Part shown: positions 48,806 through 59,371 of the stretch, piece after piece
Numbering within the stretch: position 1 is the stretch's first letter
Layout of the letters: the number at the start of each line of letters is the position of its first letter
Assembly: GCA_965219685.1 (NCBI GenBank)
Contig: CBDCOH010000002.1
Location: forward strand, 800,001 to 864,000
Length of the DNA stretch: 64,000 nucleotides
Origin: Candidatus Spongiisociaceae bacterium
GTDB taxonomy: Bacteria > Actinomycetota > Acidimicrobiia > Spongiisociales > Spongiisociaceae
Direction: 5' to 3'
Notes under the pieces: model-generated
The model's input: only the letters and a program-made list of their open reading frames with translations
What the model was told of the DNA's origin: nothing
Databases searched by the model: none
Program-made: the position numbers and the translations under genes

Positions 48806-49640
48806 CGTGATCCTCAAGACCTTGCGCGACCGTCGACGTTCGCTGACTTGGTGGGTGGTCGGGATATTCGGCTACCTGCTGGGGATCGGGGCGTTCTATC
48901 CGATCGTGGCAGAGAACAGGGGCCAATTCGAAGCACTCCTGGAAGCCTATCCCGAGGAGTTGCTGGCGATAATGGGTGTAGCGGAGCAGGAGAACCTCTT
49001 CGACCCGGTGGGTTTCATCCAGGTTGAGGCGCTGGGATGGATCGTGCCCCTGGTCTTCGCCATATACGGCGCGGTTCAAGGCGCCCGGGCAGTGGCGGGA
49101 GAGGAAGAGGACGGCACCATCGACCTGGTGATGGCGACCCCTCTCTCCCGATCGGGGCTCGTGTGGCAGAAGCTGCTGGCTCTGGTGCTGGCGGAGATGG
49201 TGCTGGGTGCCGCGCTGTTCTTTTCCATAGCGCTGGACAATCTGCTCTTCGATCTCGAGATACCTCTGGGCCATGTCGCGGCGGCAGCCCTGATGGCGGT
49301 GCTGTTGGGGGTGTTCTTCGGATCGCTGGCGTTGGCCGTGGGAGCGGCAACCGGTCTGCGGGGCCTTTCTGTGGGGGCAGTCAGCTTTGTGGCGGCCGGT
49401 TCCTACCTGGTCAATTCGCTTGGAAGCCTGGTGGAGGGCATGAAGGCCCTGCAGCCCATATCGCCTTTCTACTACTACGACTCCTCCAATCCGCTTCGCA
49501 ACGGCCTCGATGTCCAGCACGCGTTGGTGCTGGCAGGGCTTGCACTGCTCCTGCTCGGGGTTGCACTGTTGGCCGTGCGCACCCGTGACCTGGGGGTCGG
49601 CGGGATGAGACTGCCGGTACCACGTGTCCGCAAGGCGTGA
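48795..49640 (+). CDS. ABC-2 type permease
   Basis: AGEEEDGTIDL..PLSR, six TM helices, SPFYYY. Confidence 0.9.
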   Translation: MLNNVILKTLRDRRRSLTWWVVGIFGYLLGIGAFYPIVAENRGQFEALLEAYPEELLAIMGVAEQENLFDPVGFIQVEALGWIVPLVFAIYGAVQGARAVAGEEEDGTIDLVMATPLSRSGLVWQKLLALVLAEMVLGAALFFSIALDNLLFDLEIPLGHVAAAALMAVLLGVFFGSLALAVGAATGLRGLSVGAVSFVAAGSYLVNSLGSLVEGMKALQPISPFYYYDSSNPLRNGLDVQHALVLAGLALLLLGVALLAVRTRDLGVGGMRLPVPRVRKA

Positions 49641-49714
49641 TGGTGAGTGGTGAGTGGTGAGTGGTGAGTGGTGAGTGGTGAGTGGTGAGTGGTGAATGGT
49701 GAATGGTGAATGGT
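49641..49714 (+). repeat. Heptamer array (TGGTGAG)x7 (TGGTGAA)x3
   Basis: Direct reading, immediately after the permease stop. Confidence 0.95.
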
Positions 49715-50285
49715 ACTTCGGTGCTGCTCGTGTGGGACGTTGCCATCCCTTTTGTCAATGATCCCCCTCGGGCGGCACCCGTGTGTGGAGTCCATCGGAG
49801 ATCGCCGCCGATGGAACCGTGCCAATGCTAGGACGCTACTGACGGTCCGGAACTACGGGAGAGGGTGGTCGAAGCGTGGAGGTCCTCGCGAAGGCCCGCG
49901 CACACGCAACCCCATGTGTGTGGCGGTAGCGACCGTGCTCCGCTGCGTGGTGCCAGTTGCCGCGAGCCTCCGGCCAGGAGTCGACATCGGGCGACCAACC
50001 CCTACCGAGCTGCACGAATAGCTCCAAGGGACCTGACCGGACGAACCTGTACTTCACGATCGCTACACAACGCTGTGCAACATATCTGTGGATTGTGTAT
50101 ATCTGTTCGTGGACTTGAATCCGTGGCTGCCGTTTCTCGTGAAGAGCCCCCTGCGTAAACGCGAGACCCAAACAGTACTAAAGAGGATGGTAAATGACCC
50201 GATCTAGCGTTAACCGCCGACGACTTACCACTAACTACCGACTATCGAGTACCAACCAATCAAGTAGGTGTGATAAAGTCGTGGC

Positions 50286-51404
50286 GTGGCTGGACATGGC
50301 GGCTCCGGCGGCGGAGCCAGCCTCAGGCAACTCGCCCTGCGGGAGCGTCACGAGACGCTCGGTGCACGCTTTTCACCTTTCGCCGGATGGGAGATGCCGC
50401 TCCAGTACCAGGGAACCGTCGGGGAGCACCGCGCCGTGCGCGAGGGGGTCGGGGTCTTCGACGTGTCGCACCTTGGTCGTGTCTGGGTGCAAGGGCCGCA
50501 GGCGGCGCCGACGTTGCGCTCGGTGACGACCTTCGACGTGACGACGGTGCCGGTCGGCAAGGCACACTACTCGCTCTACTGCAACGAGAGCGGGGGTATC
50601 GAGGACGATGTGTTCGTTTACCACCTGGCCGATGATCGCTGGCTGGTGGTCCACAACGCCTCCAACGCGGAGCCGGACTTCGAGCGCGTGCGCGCCGTCG
50701 CGGGTGACAACGCCTCGGAAGTGACCGGAGACACGGTGATGCTCGCGGTTCAGGGCCCCGACGCGATTGCTCTGCTGGCCGGCACTCTCGGTGAGTTCAT
50801 CGCGGACCTCGGGCCACGGGCCTGTACAGAGGTGCACTGGCGCGGTGCCCCGGTGCTGTTCGCCCGAACGGGTTACACCGGTGAGGACGGCGGCGAGTGC
50901 GTAGTCGGCACCGAGCATGCCGGAGCGCTGTGGGACGCCCTCGTCGCAGGCGGGGCTACACCCTGCGGTCTGGGCGCTCGAGACACGTTACGCCTCGAGG
51001 CGGCCCTGCCCCTGTACGGCAACGACATCGACCGTGAGACCCACCCCTACGAGGCCGGTCTCGGCTTCGCGGTGAGCCTCGACGACGGAGCCCCCTTCAC
51101 TGGGCGCGCCGCGCTGAAGGAAGCGAGGTCGAGTCCGCGCACCCGTCGCCTGGCGCATCTTGCGGCTAGAGCCCGCGGGGTGTTGAGGCCGGGCTACGCA
51201 GTGCATGCGGAAGACGAAGCGGACCCCGTGGCGCGGCTCACCAGCGGCACCTTCAGTCCCAGCCTGCGGCTCGGGATTGGCATGGCGTACCTTCCCCGCC
51301 AGTACGCCGACCCCGGTGTCATGCTCGAGGTCGATGTGCGCGGCCGCGCCCTCCCGGTCGAGGTCGTACGGCGTCCGTTCTACAGAAAGTCGAGACATTC
51401 ATGA
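50286..51404 (+). CDS. gcvT: Glycine cleavage T protein
   Basis: FAGWEMP, FDVSHLG, RTGYTGEDG, GLGARDTLRLEA. Confidence 0.96.
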   Translation: MAGHGGSGGGASLRQLALRERHETLGARFSPFAGWEMPLQYQGTVGEHRAVREGVGVFDVSHLGRVWVQGPQAAPTLRSVTTFDVTTVPVGKAHYSLYCNESGGIEDDVFVYHLADDRWLVVHNASNAEPDFERVRAVAGDNASEVTGDTVMLAVQGPDAIALLAGTLGEFIADLGPRACTEVHWRGAPVLFARTGYTGEDGGECVVGTEHAGALWDALVAGGATPCGLGARDTLRLEAALPLYGNDIDRETHPYEAGLGFAVSLDDGAPFTGRAALKEARSSPRTRRLAHLAARARGVLRPGYAVHAEDEADPVARLTSGTFSPSLRLGIGMAYLPRQYADPGVMLEVDVRGRALPVEVVRRPFYRKSRHS

Positions 51405-51805
51405 AGCTGGATCACGAGATCCCCGACAACCTCCTCTACACGAAGTCCCACGAGTGGCTACGGCGCGAGGAGACGAGTCCGGACATCGGCACGATCGGTA
51501 TCACGGACTTCGCCCAGGACGAAGTGGGCGATGTCGTTTACCTCGATCTCCCTCCAGAGGGGCTTGGGGTGACAGCAGGAGAGCCCTGCGCCGAGATCGA
51601 GTCGACCAAGACCGTCGCCGAACTCTACGCGCCGGTCAGCGGTGTAGTGGTGGAAGCCAACCGGGATCTTGAGGACCAGCCCGAGTTGGTCAATGCTTCA
51701 CCATACGGCGAGGGTTGGATGATCCGCGTGCGGATCGCCGATGAGGCGGACCTCAACGGCCTGCTCGACGCGACCGCGTACCGTTCGCTCCTGCAGGCGG
51801 GCTGA
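51401..51805 (+). CDS. gcvH: Glycine cleavage H protein
   Basis: HEW, GITDFAQ, ESTK lipoyl-Lys, SPYGEGW. Confidence 0.96.
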   Translation: MKLDHEIPDNLLYTKSHEWLRREETSPDIGTIGITDFAQDEVGDVVYLDLPPEGLGVTAGEPCAEIESTKTVAELYAPVSGVVVEANRDLEDQPELVNASPYGEGWMIRVRIADEADLNGLLDATAYRSLLQAG

Positions 51806-51807
51806 CC

Positions 51808-53178
51808 TTGGTATCCGCGAGACACGACACATCGCCCCATCCGTACATCCCCGCCACCGGCGCGGACCGAGCGCGGATGCTGGAACGGATCGGCGTCGCC
51901 GATCTCGAGGCCCTTTTCGCAGACCTACCGGCGGACATGCGGAACCCGGCCATCGACATTCCGCCCGCTCTCACCGAGCCGGACCTCGTCGCGCTGCTCG
52001 AAGAACGCGCGGCTTCGAACGCTTCCCCTACGCGGCCGGACTTTCTCGGGGCGGGGGCCTACCGTCGCTTCACACCTTCGATCACCGATCGCCTGGCCGG
52101 GCGTTCCGAGTTCGTCACCTCCTACACGCCCTACCAGCCGGAGATCAGCCAGGGAACCCTGCAAACGGCCTTCGAGTACCAGTCGGTGGTGTGCGAGCTC
52201 ACCGGGATGGACGTGTCCAACACCGGTCTCTACGACGTGGCCACCGCCACCGCCGAGGCGTGCCTGCTGGCCACGCGGGTCACGAGGCGGAAGGCGGTCG
52301 CCCTGCTCGAACCGATCCACCCGGGGACTGCACGGGTGGTGCGTACCTACGCTCACGGCGCGGCGATCCGCGTGGACAGCGTGTCGTCGAGCGATGCCGT
52401 CGGCGAGGAGCACGCCTGCCTGGTGGCGCAGCAGCCTGACTTCCTCGGATCGATAGCCGACCTCGAACCGCTGGCCGATGTTGCGCACCGAAAGGGGGCC
52501 CTCCTGGTGGCGGTAGCCGATCCCTTCGCCCTGGGACTGCTGAGGGCGCCCGGGGACGTAGGCGCCGACATCGTTACCGGCGAGGGCCGTGATCTGGCCG
52601 GCCCGCCAGTGTTCGGTGGGCCGTCGGTGGGGTTGTTCGCAGCGCGCAAGAAGTACGTGCGCCAGATGCCCGGCCGTATCGTCGGCCGCACCAAAGAGCT
52701 TCACGCCCCGCCCAACGGCGACGGAGAGTCCCGCACCGGCTACGTGCTCACTCTCCAGGCGCGCGAGCAGTTCATCAGGCGGGAGCGGGCAACCTCCAAC
52801 GTGTCGACCGCTCAGTCGCTGATCGCCCTTGCGTTCACCATCACGGTGCAGGCGTTCGGACCGCATGGACTGCGCCAGGCCGCAGAGTTGTGCTACCAGC
52901 GGGCGCACGATGCTGCAGGGCGCATCGCTGCGCTCCCGGGTTACGAGACACCCGAGCGCGGGCCCTGGTTCCAAGAGTTCCTGGTTCGCGGACCGGTTCC
53001 CGCCGCTGATCTCGCTGCTCGCCTGGCAGAGCGGGGCATCCGCGCCGGCCTCGACGTCTCGGCGCGAGCGGAGCCCGAGGCACGCGACGCGCTGCTCTTC
53101 GCGGTTACGGAGGCAACGCCCGACACGCATGTGGACGATTTGATCGTTGCGCTTGAGCAGATCGGGAGAGAGGTATGA
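51808..53178 (+). CDS. gcvPA: Glycine dehydrogenase subunit 1
   Basis: TSYTPYQPEISQG, MPGRIVG, LQAREQFIRRERATSN. Confidence 0.95.
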   Translation: MVSARHDTSPHPYIPATGADRARMLERIGVADLEALFADLPADMRNPAIDIPPALTEPDLVALLEERAASNASPTRPDFLGAGAYRRFTPSITDRLAGRSEFVTSYTPYQPEISQGTLQTAFEYQSVVCELTGMDVSNTGLYDVATATAEACLLATRVTRRKAVALLEPIHPGTARVVRTYAHGAAIRVDSVSSSDAVGEEHACLVAQQPDFLGSIADLEPLADVAHRKGALLVAVADPFALGLLRAPGDVGADIVTGEGRDLAGPPVFGGPSVGLFAARKKYVRQMPGRIVGRTKELHAPPNGDGESRTGYVLTLQAREQFIRRERATSNVSTAQSLIALAFTITVQAFGPHGLRQAAELCYQRAHDAAGRIAALPGYETPERGPWFQEFLVRGPVPAADLAARLAERGIRAGLDVSARAEPEARDALLFAVTEATPDTHVDDLIVALEQIGREV

Positions 53179-54653
53179 GTGCGCCGCGTCCGGGAGGCGA
53201 GGACTTCGGCGCCCGGCTCAGCTTCGATCGCGGCGCACCCGGGCGCCGGGCTGTCGACGTGCCCGCGTGGAGCGGAAACGAGGCGCCACTGCCGGATACC
53301 CATCTGCTGAGGGACTCGGTACGGCTCCCGGAGCTGAGCCAGAGTGAACTCGTTCGCTACTACACGGAACTCTCGTCCCGCAACTACGGCATCGACTCCG
53401 GTACATACCCGCTCGGATCCTGCACCATGAAGTACAACCCGAAGGTGAACGACCTCGTCGCCTCGATACCGGGGTTCGCAAGAGCGCATCCCCAAGCGCC
53501 ACCTGAGGACGTGCAAGGCACGCTCCGCACCATGCTCGAGTTACGCCGGGGCCTCGGCGAGTTGACCGGCCTTCCGCACGTCAGCCTCGCCCCGGCCGCG
53601 GGCGCCCACGGAGAGTTGGCCGGTGTCCTGATGGTGACGCACGCGCTCGAGGACCGGGGAGAGTTCGATACGCGCCGGCGCATCCTGGTGCCGGATTCGG
53701 CACACGGCACGAATCCGGCGACGGCCGCGATGGCCGGTTACAAGGTCACCCAGATCCCGACCGCTTCCAACGGATCCCTCGACCGCGCCACCATCGAGCG
53801 CGAACTCGACGAGACGGTCGCGGCCGTGATGGTCACCGCGCCGAACACCCTCGGGCTGTGGGAACAGGGCATCGAGGAGGTGGCGCAACTCATCCACGAG
53901 GCCGGCGCCTACCTGTACGGCGACGGCGCCAACTTCAATGCGATCATGGGCCGGGTGCGCTACGGCGACCTAGGTTTCGACGTAGTACACCTCAACCTGC
54001 ACAAGAGCTTCAGTACCCCGCACGGCGGTGGCGGTCCCGGCGCGGGCCCTGTGTGCTGCAGCGAGGAACTGGCTCCGTACCTGCCCACCCCGGTGGTGGA
54101 GGAGGACGACGACGGCCTTGTGCGCTTGTCCACCCCCGAGCGCTCGATCGGTCTGATGCAGCAGTTCCACGGCAACGCCGGCGTCCTGATCCGCGCCTAC
54201 GCGTACATGCGAGCGCTGGGACTCGGCGGCCTGCGGGCGGTCTCCGGTCAGGCGGTTCTCAACGCCAACTACATGCGAGCGTTGCTGCATGGCCACTTCG
54301 ACCTGCCGTACGACCGCCCCGTGCTTCACGAGGTGGTCTTCTCGGGATCCCGCCAGCGTCGCGAGCACGGCGTGCCCACCTACGACATCGCCAAGCGGCT
54401 GATCGATCACGGCTTCCACCCCCCGACGGTGTACTTCCCGCTCATCGTCGAGGAGGCGCTGATGATCGAACCCACCGAGTCGGAGCCTCCCGAGGCGATA
54501 GAGGCCCTCGCCGAAGCGATGATCGCGGTTGCGGAGGAAGCCAAGCACGATCCCGACACGCTCCACCATGCACCCTGGACGGCCCCGATCGGGCGACTCG
54601 ACGAGGCGACCGCGGCCCGCCGACCGGTACTCCGCTGGCAGGAAGGCCTGTAG
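53175..54653 (+). CDS. gcvPB: Glycine dehydrogenase subunit 2
   Basis: PLGSCTMKYNP, SAHGTNPA, NLHKSFSTPHGGGGPG, GFHPPT. Confidence 0.96.
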   Translation: MSAPRPGGEDFGARLSFDRGAPGRRAVDVPAWSGNEAPLPDTHLLRDSVRLPELSQSELVRYYTELSSRNYGIDSGTYPLGSCTMKYNPKVNDLVASIPGFARAHPQAPPEDVQGTLRTMLELRRGLGELTGLPHVSLAPAAGAHGELAGVLMVTHALEDRGEFDTRRRILVPDSAHGTNPATAAMAGYKVTQIPTASNGSLDRATIERELDETVAAVMVTAPNTLGLWEQGIEEVAQLIHEAGAYLYGDGANFNAIMGRVRYGDLGFDVVHLNLHKSFSTPHGGGGPGAGPVCCSEELAPYLPTPVVEEDDDGLVRLSTPERSIGLMQQFHGNAGVLIRAYAYMRALGLGGLRAVSGQAVLNANYMRALLHGHFDLPYDRPVLHEVVFSGSRQRREHGVPTYDIAKRLIDHGFHPPTVYFPLIVEEALMIEPTESEPPEAIEALAEAMIAVAEEAKHDPDTLHHAPWTAPIGRLDEATAARRPVLRWQEGL

Positions 54654-54659
54654 CTGTGG

Positions 54660-54880
54660 GCGGTGGTCAAGGCCGTCTACTGGGCTGATTCAAAACCAAC
54701 CTTGAATTAGCCCAGAATGCAGCTTCTTCCGTGGTGCGCTGACGGTCCAGGAGCACCTGGCAACCCTGCCATACCCTTCGGACGTCATGGTCGTCTACGG
54801 CGGTTACGAACTCCAGAACCGCTCGGTCGGAACCCTGATGCCTTGGAGGCGCCTCCATGCCGTCCCGTCCCTGTCAAGAT
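54660..54880 (+). pseudogene. C-terminal remnant of an AAA_14/DUF4143 ATPase
   Basis: SFFRG...VMVVYGG.ELQNRS...LMPWRRL resembles the family C-terminus; no start or P-loop. Confidence 0.45.
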
Positions 54881-55003
54881 GGCAGGGATTCTCCCGGTTC
54901 GCGCCGCCACCTATGCAGGTTCGGGCCAACCCGGGTCGACCCACAGAGGCATCGGAGCCGACACCCCTTGAATCCTCTCTCCAGGACTGTTTAGCCTCCT
55001 GGT

Positions 55004-56626
55004 ATGTACGAGCACGCGATACGCTGGGAATCCCGACGCTCACCGATCCTCTCGACCAGGGGTGTGGTCACCTCCAGCCAGCCACTGGCGACCATGGCGG
55101 GTGTCGCCGTACTGCAATCGGGCGGCAATGCGGCCGACGCCGCCGTTGCGACCGCCGCGGCGCTGGCGGTGGTCGAACCGGGCTCCACGGGCATCGGCGG
55201 GGACTGCTTCTCCCTCTTCTATGGCGCTCACCGGGGGGTTGTGGAGGCGGTCAACGGCAGTGGCCGTAGCCCCGGGGCTCTGACACTGGAGTCGGCCGGG
55301 GGAGTGGCCGGCTTCGATCCCCAGGGACCCCATGCGGTGACGGTGCCCGGCACGATCGCGGGCTGGGTCGACACCGTGGAGCGTTTCGGACGGATGTCGA
55401 TGGCGGAGGTGCTGGCGCCGGCCATCGCGCTGGCCGAGGACGGCTTCCCGGTGACACCCATAATCAGCCGCGGCTGGAAGGGGCAGGAAGGACTCTTGGC
55501 GTCCAAGGGGCCGGCCGGCCACGATCTGCTCCTGGACGGCCGTGCTCCCGGACCAGGGGAGGTGTGGCGCAACCCGTCCATCGCCCGGGTGATGCGCGCC
55601 GTGGCGGAAGGAGGCGCCGACGCCTTCTACGACGGGTGGCCGGGGCGGGCGATCGTCGAGGCCGTGCAGATGAACGGGGGCTGCATGACGGCCGACGACC
55701 TGGCAGCTCACCGATCGACCTTCGAACACCCGATCTCCACGACCTATAGGGATCATACGATCTACGAATGCTCTCCCAACGGCCAGGGCATCACCGCGCT
55801 CATGGCGCTCAACATCCTCGAAGGCTTCGACATCGCCTCCACCCGACCCAGGTCTCCTGAAGCCCTTCACATGACGATCGAGGCGGTCCGCCTGGCATTC
55901 GCCGACGCCCGCGCCTACATCGCGGATCCCGCCCGGGCCCCGGTCCCGGTCACGGGTATGCTCAGCGAGCGGTACGCGACGCAGCGGCGCCGGCTCATCT
56001 CACGCCATGCCGCGATCGAACTCGCTACTGCAGGACACCTGCCAGGCGCCTCCGACACCGTCTACCTGTGCGCGGTCGACGGAGATGGGAACGCCTGTTC
56101 CTTCATCAACAGCAACTATCACGGTTTCGGCAGCGGCATCGTGCCTCGCAACTGCGGATTCAGCCTGCAGAACCGCGGCGCCGGATTCTCCCTGGATCCG
56201 GAACATCCCAATGCCCTGGAGGGAGGGAAACGGCCCTACCACACCATCATCCCCGCCATTGTTACCCGGCCTGACGGGTCTCTCATGGGGCCGTTCGGGG
56301 TCATGGGCGCCTGGAACCAGCCCCAGGGACACGTCCAAGTGGTGATCAACCTGGTGGACCGCGGCATGGATCCGCAGAGCGCCATCGACGAGCCTCGCTT
56401 TTCGATCTACGACGACCCGCCCAACGGCGACATCTGGGTCGAGGACTCAATGCCCGTGACCACGATCAGCGCCCTGGCCCAACTCGGGCATCCCGTCCGT
56501 CCGGCGTCGGGCGCCCTTCGAACAAGCGTGCTCGGCCAAGGGCAGATCATCGTGCGCGACCCGGAGACCGGTGTCCTCTGGGGCGGGTCCGATCCCAGGG
56601 GCGACGGATGCGCCATCGGTATCTGA
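55004..56626 (+). CDS. ggt: Gamma-glutamyltransferase
   Basis: GGNAADAAVA, GIGGD, DTVY autocleavage Thr, KRPYHTIIP, GSDPRGDG. Confidence 0.95.
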   Translation: MYEHAIRWESRRSPILSTRGVVTSSQPLATMAGVAVLQSGGNAADAAVATAAALAVVEPGSTGIGGDCFSLFYGAHRGVVEAVNGSGRSPGALTLESAGGVAGFDPQGPHAVTVPGTIAGWVDTVERFGRMSMAEVLAPAIALAEDGFPVTPIISRGWKGQEGLLASKGPAGHDLLLDGRAPGPGEVWRNPSIARVMRAVAEGGADAFYDGWPGRAIVEAVQMNGGCMTADDLAAHRSTFEHPISTTYRDHTIYECSPNGQGITALMALNILEGFDIASTRPRSPEALHMTIEAVRLAFADARAYIADPARAPVPVTGMLSERYATQRRRLISRHAAIELATAGHLPGASDTVYLCAVDGDGNACSFINSNYHGFGSGIVPRNCGFSLQNRGAGFSLDPEHPNALEGGKRPYHTIIPAIVTRPDGSLMGPFGVMGAWNQPQGHVQVVINLVDRGMDPQSAIDEPRFSIYDDPPNGDIWVEDSMPVTTISALAQLGHPVRPASGALRTSVLGQGQIIVRDPETGVLWGGSDPRGDGCAIGI

Positions 56627-56644
56627 CCTCTGTGTTCGCGATTA

Positions 56645-57343
56645 CTAGCGACGGGGCTGCGGGCGTTGGTCCAGCGTCAGATCGGCCACGGCGGCCAAGG
56701 GTGCGGGGACGCTCGAGCCTGAATCCAGGTCAGCCGACGGGGACGGCCGGCCGAAGCGGGTCGTGATCGGTACCGTCCCGGCCCACCAGGGGCCGTGGAT
56801 GTCTTCGGGATCGTCCACCGGATCTCCGGTCCGCACCTTGGCCGAAGCCTCCGCCAGGGGGAGTTCCAGCACCAGGGTCTTGCGCATTTCCTGGGGCGAC
56901 GGAGGGCGGACGATGTCCCAGTGCGATACCACGTGGTCGGTGATGAGCCTGAGCGCCTCGAGTTTGCGCCGGCCGTCCCGGATGCGCCGACCGCGACCCC
57001 GCACTACCACCGAGCGGTAGTTCATCGAGTTGTGGAAGGGGGAGCGCGCCAGCACCAGACCGTCCAGATGGGTCACGGTGGCGCAGATCTCCTGGTCGTC
57101 ACCCGAGTTGAGTATGTGGTTGGCGATCGCCCCGTGTAGGTAGAGGGTGTCGTCATCACGCCCGTAGGCCATCGGGAGAACAAGGGGTCCTTCGGGAGTG
57201 GAAACCCCGACATGGGCGATGACGCCGGCGTCGAGGATCTCCAGCACCTCGCCGCGGTCGTAGCGCGCCCGGTCGCGACCGCGGCGTACCCGCATGCGAG
57301 CCGACGGAGGCGTTGAACCGTTCGAAGGTGGGAGATCGTCCAT
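56645..57343 (-). CDS. Pyridoxamine 5'-phosphate oxidase family flavin-binding protein
   Basis: RARYDR, LYLHG, DGLVLARSPFHNSMNYRSVV. Confidence 0.9.
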   Translation of the reverse strand: MDDLPPSNGSTPPSARMRVRRGRDRARYDRGEVLEILDAGVIAHVGVSTPEGPLVLPMAYGRDDDTLYLHGAIANHILNSGDDQEICATVTHLDGLVLARSPFHNSMNYRSVVVRGRGRRIRDGRRKLEALRLITDHVVSHWDIVRPPSPQEMRKTLVLELPLAEASAKVRTGDPVDDPEDIHGPWWAGTVPITTRFGRPSPSADLDSGSSVPAPLAAVADLTLDQRPQPRR

Positions 57344-57633
57344 GAGCAGGGGAGGCTAGTGGACCGTGCTCCACCGGCCGCATTCGAAGCACACGGCACC
57401 CTTGGCGTGTTCGAGTGCATCCCATGACCATGCCGGAGAGGGGAGTGACCAACCCGACAGTGTCCTACTCCGCTCTGGTAGAAGGCGGATCGTGTCGGGT
57501 AGGGGGCAGAACCGCCTTCGATCCGGCGGCTACGCCCGTGAGATCGGCGCTTCGGGACTCCGCGCGATCCGGGCCCGCCCGTCATCGAGCCGGTTCGACC
57601 TGGGAGTGGGTAGCTCCAGGGTCGGAGCTAGAC

Positions 57634-58746
57634 CTATGGTCGGGTGGTGAGGGAGTAGTTGGTACTGCGGCCACGCGCGGAGCTTCGCACGAGAATTCCA
57701 CTGTCTACCAGGTCTGTTATGTCGCGCAGGGCGGTGTCTTGGGAGCACTTGGCTAGCTTTGCCCACTTCGAGGTGGTCAGCTTGCCCTCGAAACCGTCGA
57801 GGAATCGGTTGAGGACCTTGCGCTGGCGCACATTGAGCGGGACGCCTTCGATCTGTTGCCAGAAGCGAGCTTTGGCGAGCACAGATGCCAGGGTGGTCCC
57901 GGCTCCGTCGATGGCTCGGCCGAGGCACGCTAGGAACCACGCCATCCACTCCGAGACATCCGGTGTTCCCTTCTGGGTTCGTTCGAGGATGTGGTAGTAG
58001 GCGCGGCGTTCCACTCGGATCTGCGATGACATGCTGTAGAAACGCTGTGAGCTGTCCTCCGAGCGGGCCAGGGCCATGTCGGTGATCGCCCGGGCGATGC
58101 GTCCGTTTCCGTCATCGAAGGGATGGACGGTCACGAACCATAAATGCGCCAGCGCCGCCCGAAGGACGCCGTCAGTTTCCGACGGCCCGTTGAACCAGCT
58201 AAGGAATGTGTCGATCTCGTCGTCGATTCGCTCCGCTGCGGGTGCTTCGAAGTGCACCCGTTCCTTGCCGATGGGTCCCGATATCACCTGCATGGGTCCG
58301 GTACGGTCGTCTCGCCAGCCACCTACGGTGATCGATCGCATCCGGCTACGCCCGGTCGGGAAGAGAGCCGCCTGCCAACCGTACAGCCGGTCTCTCGTCA
58401 GAGCCAGGTCGTAGTTGCCTGTTGCGTCCAGCATCATCTCCACCACACCCTCAACCTTGTCGTCCGCATGGCGAAGACCACCGATGTCCATACCGAGGCG
58501 ACGCCCGACAGAGGAACGGACCTGTTCCAGGTCGAGCCGTTCACCTTCGATGTCGCTGGACTTGTGAACGTCCTGGGTCAGAGTCTCGAGAAGCGCCTGC
58601 TGCTGCAGGTCGAACCCCAACGATTGCATCCGGCCCACCAGGCATCCCTGCTTGTAGCGGACAGCCGCCAGGCCGTCTGCCAGTCTGTCCGTCTCCCAGC
58701 GGAGTTGGGGCCATCCCGGATGCTCATGAATATACAATCGCCGCAT
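57634..58746 (-). CDS. Fic family protein (DUF4172 + Fic + HTH)
   Basis: YIHEHPGWP, SSDIEGE, HPFDDGNGRIAR, CSQDTALRDI. Confidence 0.93.
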   Translation of the reverse strand: MRRLYIHEHPGWPQLRWETDRLADGLAAVRYKQGCLVGRMQSLGFDLQQQALLETLTQDVHKSSDIEGERLDLEQVRSSVGRRLGMDIGGLRHADDKVEGVVEMMLDATGNYDLALTRDRLYGWQAALFPTGRSRMRSITVGGWRDDRTGPMQVISGPIGKERVHFEAPAAERIDDEIDTFLSWFNGPSETDGVLRAALAHLWFVTVHPFDDGNGRIARAITDMALARSEDSSQRFYSMSSQIRVERRAYYHILERTQKGTPDVSEWMAWFLACLGRAIDGAGTTLASVLAKARFWQQIEGVPLNVRQRKVLNRFLDGFEGKLTTSKWAKLAKCSQDTALRDITDLVDSGILVRSSARGRSTNYSLTTRP

Positions 58747-59072
58747 AGTGTGCGGTGATTGTATACAGGTAATCACCGCATCAGGACCGCGGGTAGCGAT
58801 GCGGTGGCATCACTCACCGCAAACCGGCCCTCTATCGGATCCCGCTGGGGTTAGGCGACAATATGCCAACCCCACCCGGGGTGTCGGGACAGAATCGGGG
58901 CGGGCGACTCCCTGTGTAGTCGGCGAACGCGGTAGGACGAGGTTGCCCAGACGCTGGGGTTACTGTCATGGTTCACGTAAACAGACCCATGGTTCGAATG
59001 TATCAAGCATGCTTGACGATGGTCTTGGTGCTCCTATAGTCATGGCTATGGTCGTATTTGGGAGGATCAGCA

Positions 59073-59371
59073 ATGGGAGTAGTCGTTGATCCCGCAACGG
59101 CCGGACCGTCAAGGCGTCTGAGTTCAAGGCCAAGTGCCTCATGCCCATGGACGAAGTCGCAAGGAGCGGCGAGGAGGTCGTCATCACCAAGCACGGCCGG
59201 CCCGTGTCGCGGCTCGTGCCGTACCGGACGAAGCCAGAGACACTGTTCGGGATAGATCGTGGCCGGTTCGAGATCGTAGGCGAGATAGGCGATCCCATCG
59301 ATGTTGAGTGGGAAGCCGAGACAAGCGGTAATCGGGACGAGCCACTTTGTTCCTGCTCGACACACAGGTGA
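59073..59371 (+). pseudogene. Phd/YefM (VapB) antitoxin with N-terminal frameshift
   Basis: RTVKASEFKAKCL..MDEV...VVITKHGRPVSRLVP; the RBS-associated ATG 59073 is out of frame and there is an in-frame TGA at 59087. Confidence 0.7.

Noticed and set aside
50160-50285. Glycine riboswitch before gcvT
   Set aside because: No tandem GGAGA/CCGAAG/CUCUCAGG aptamer motifs
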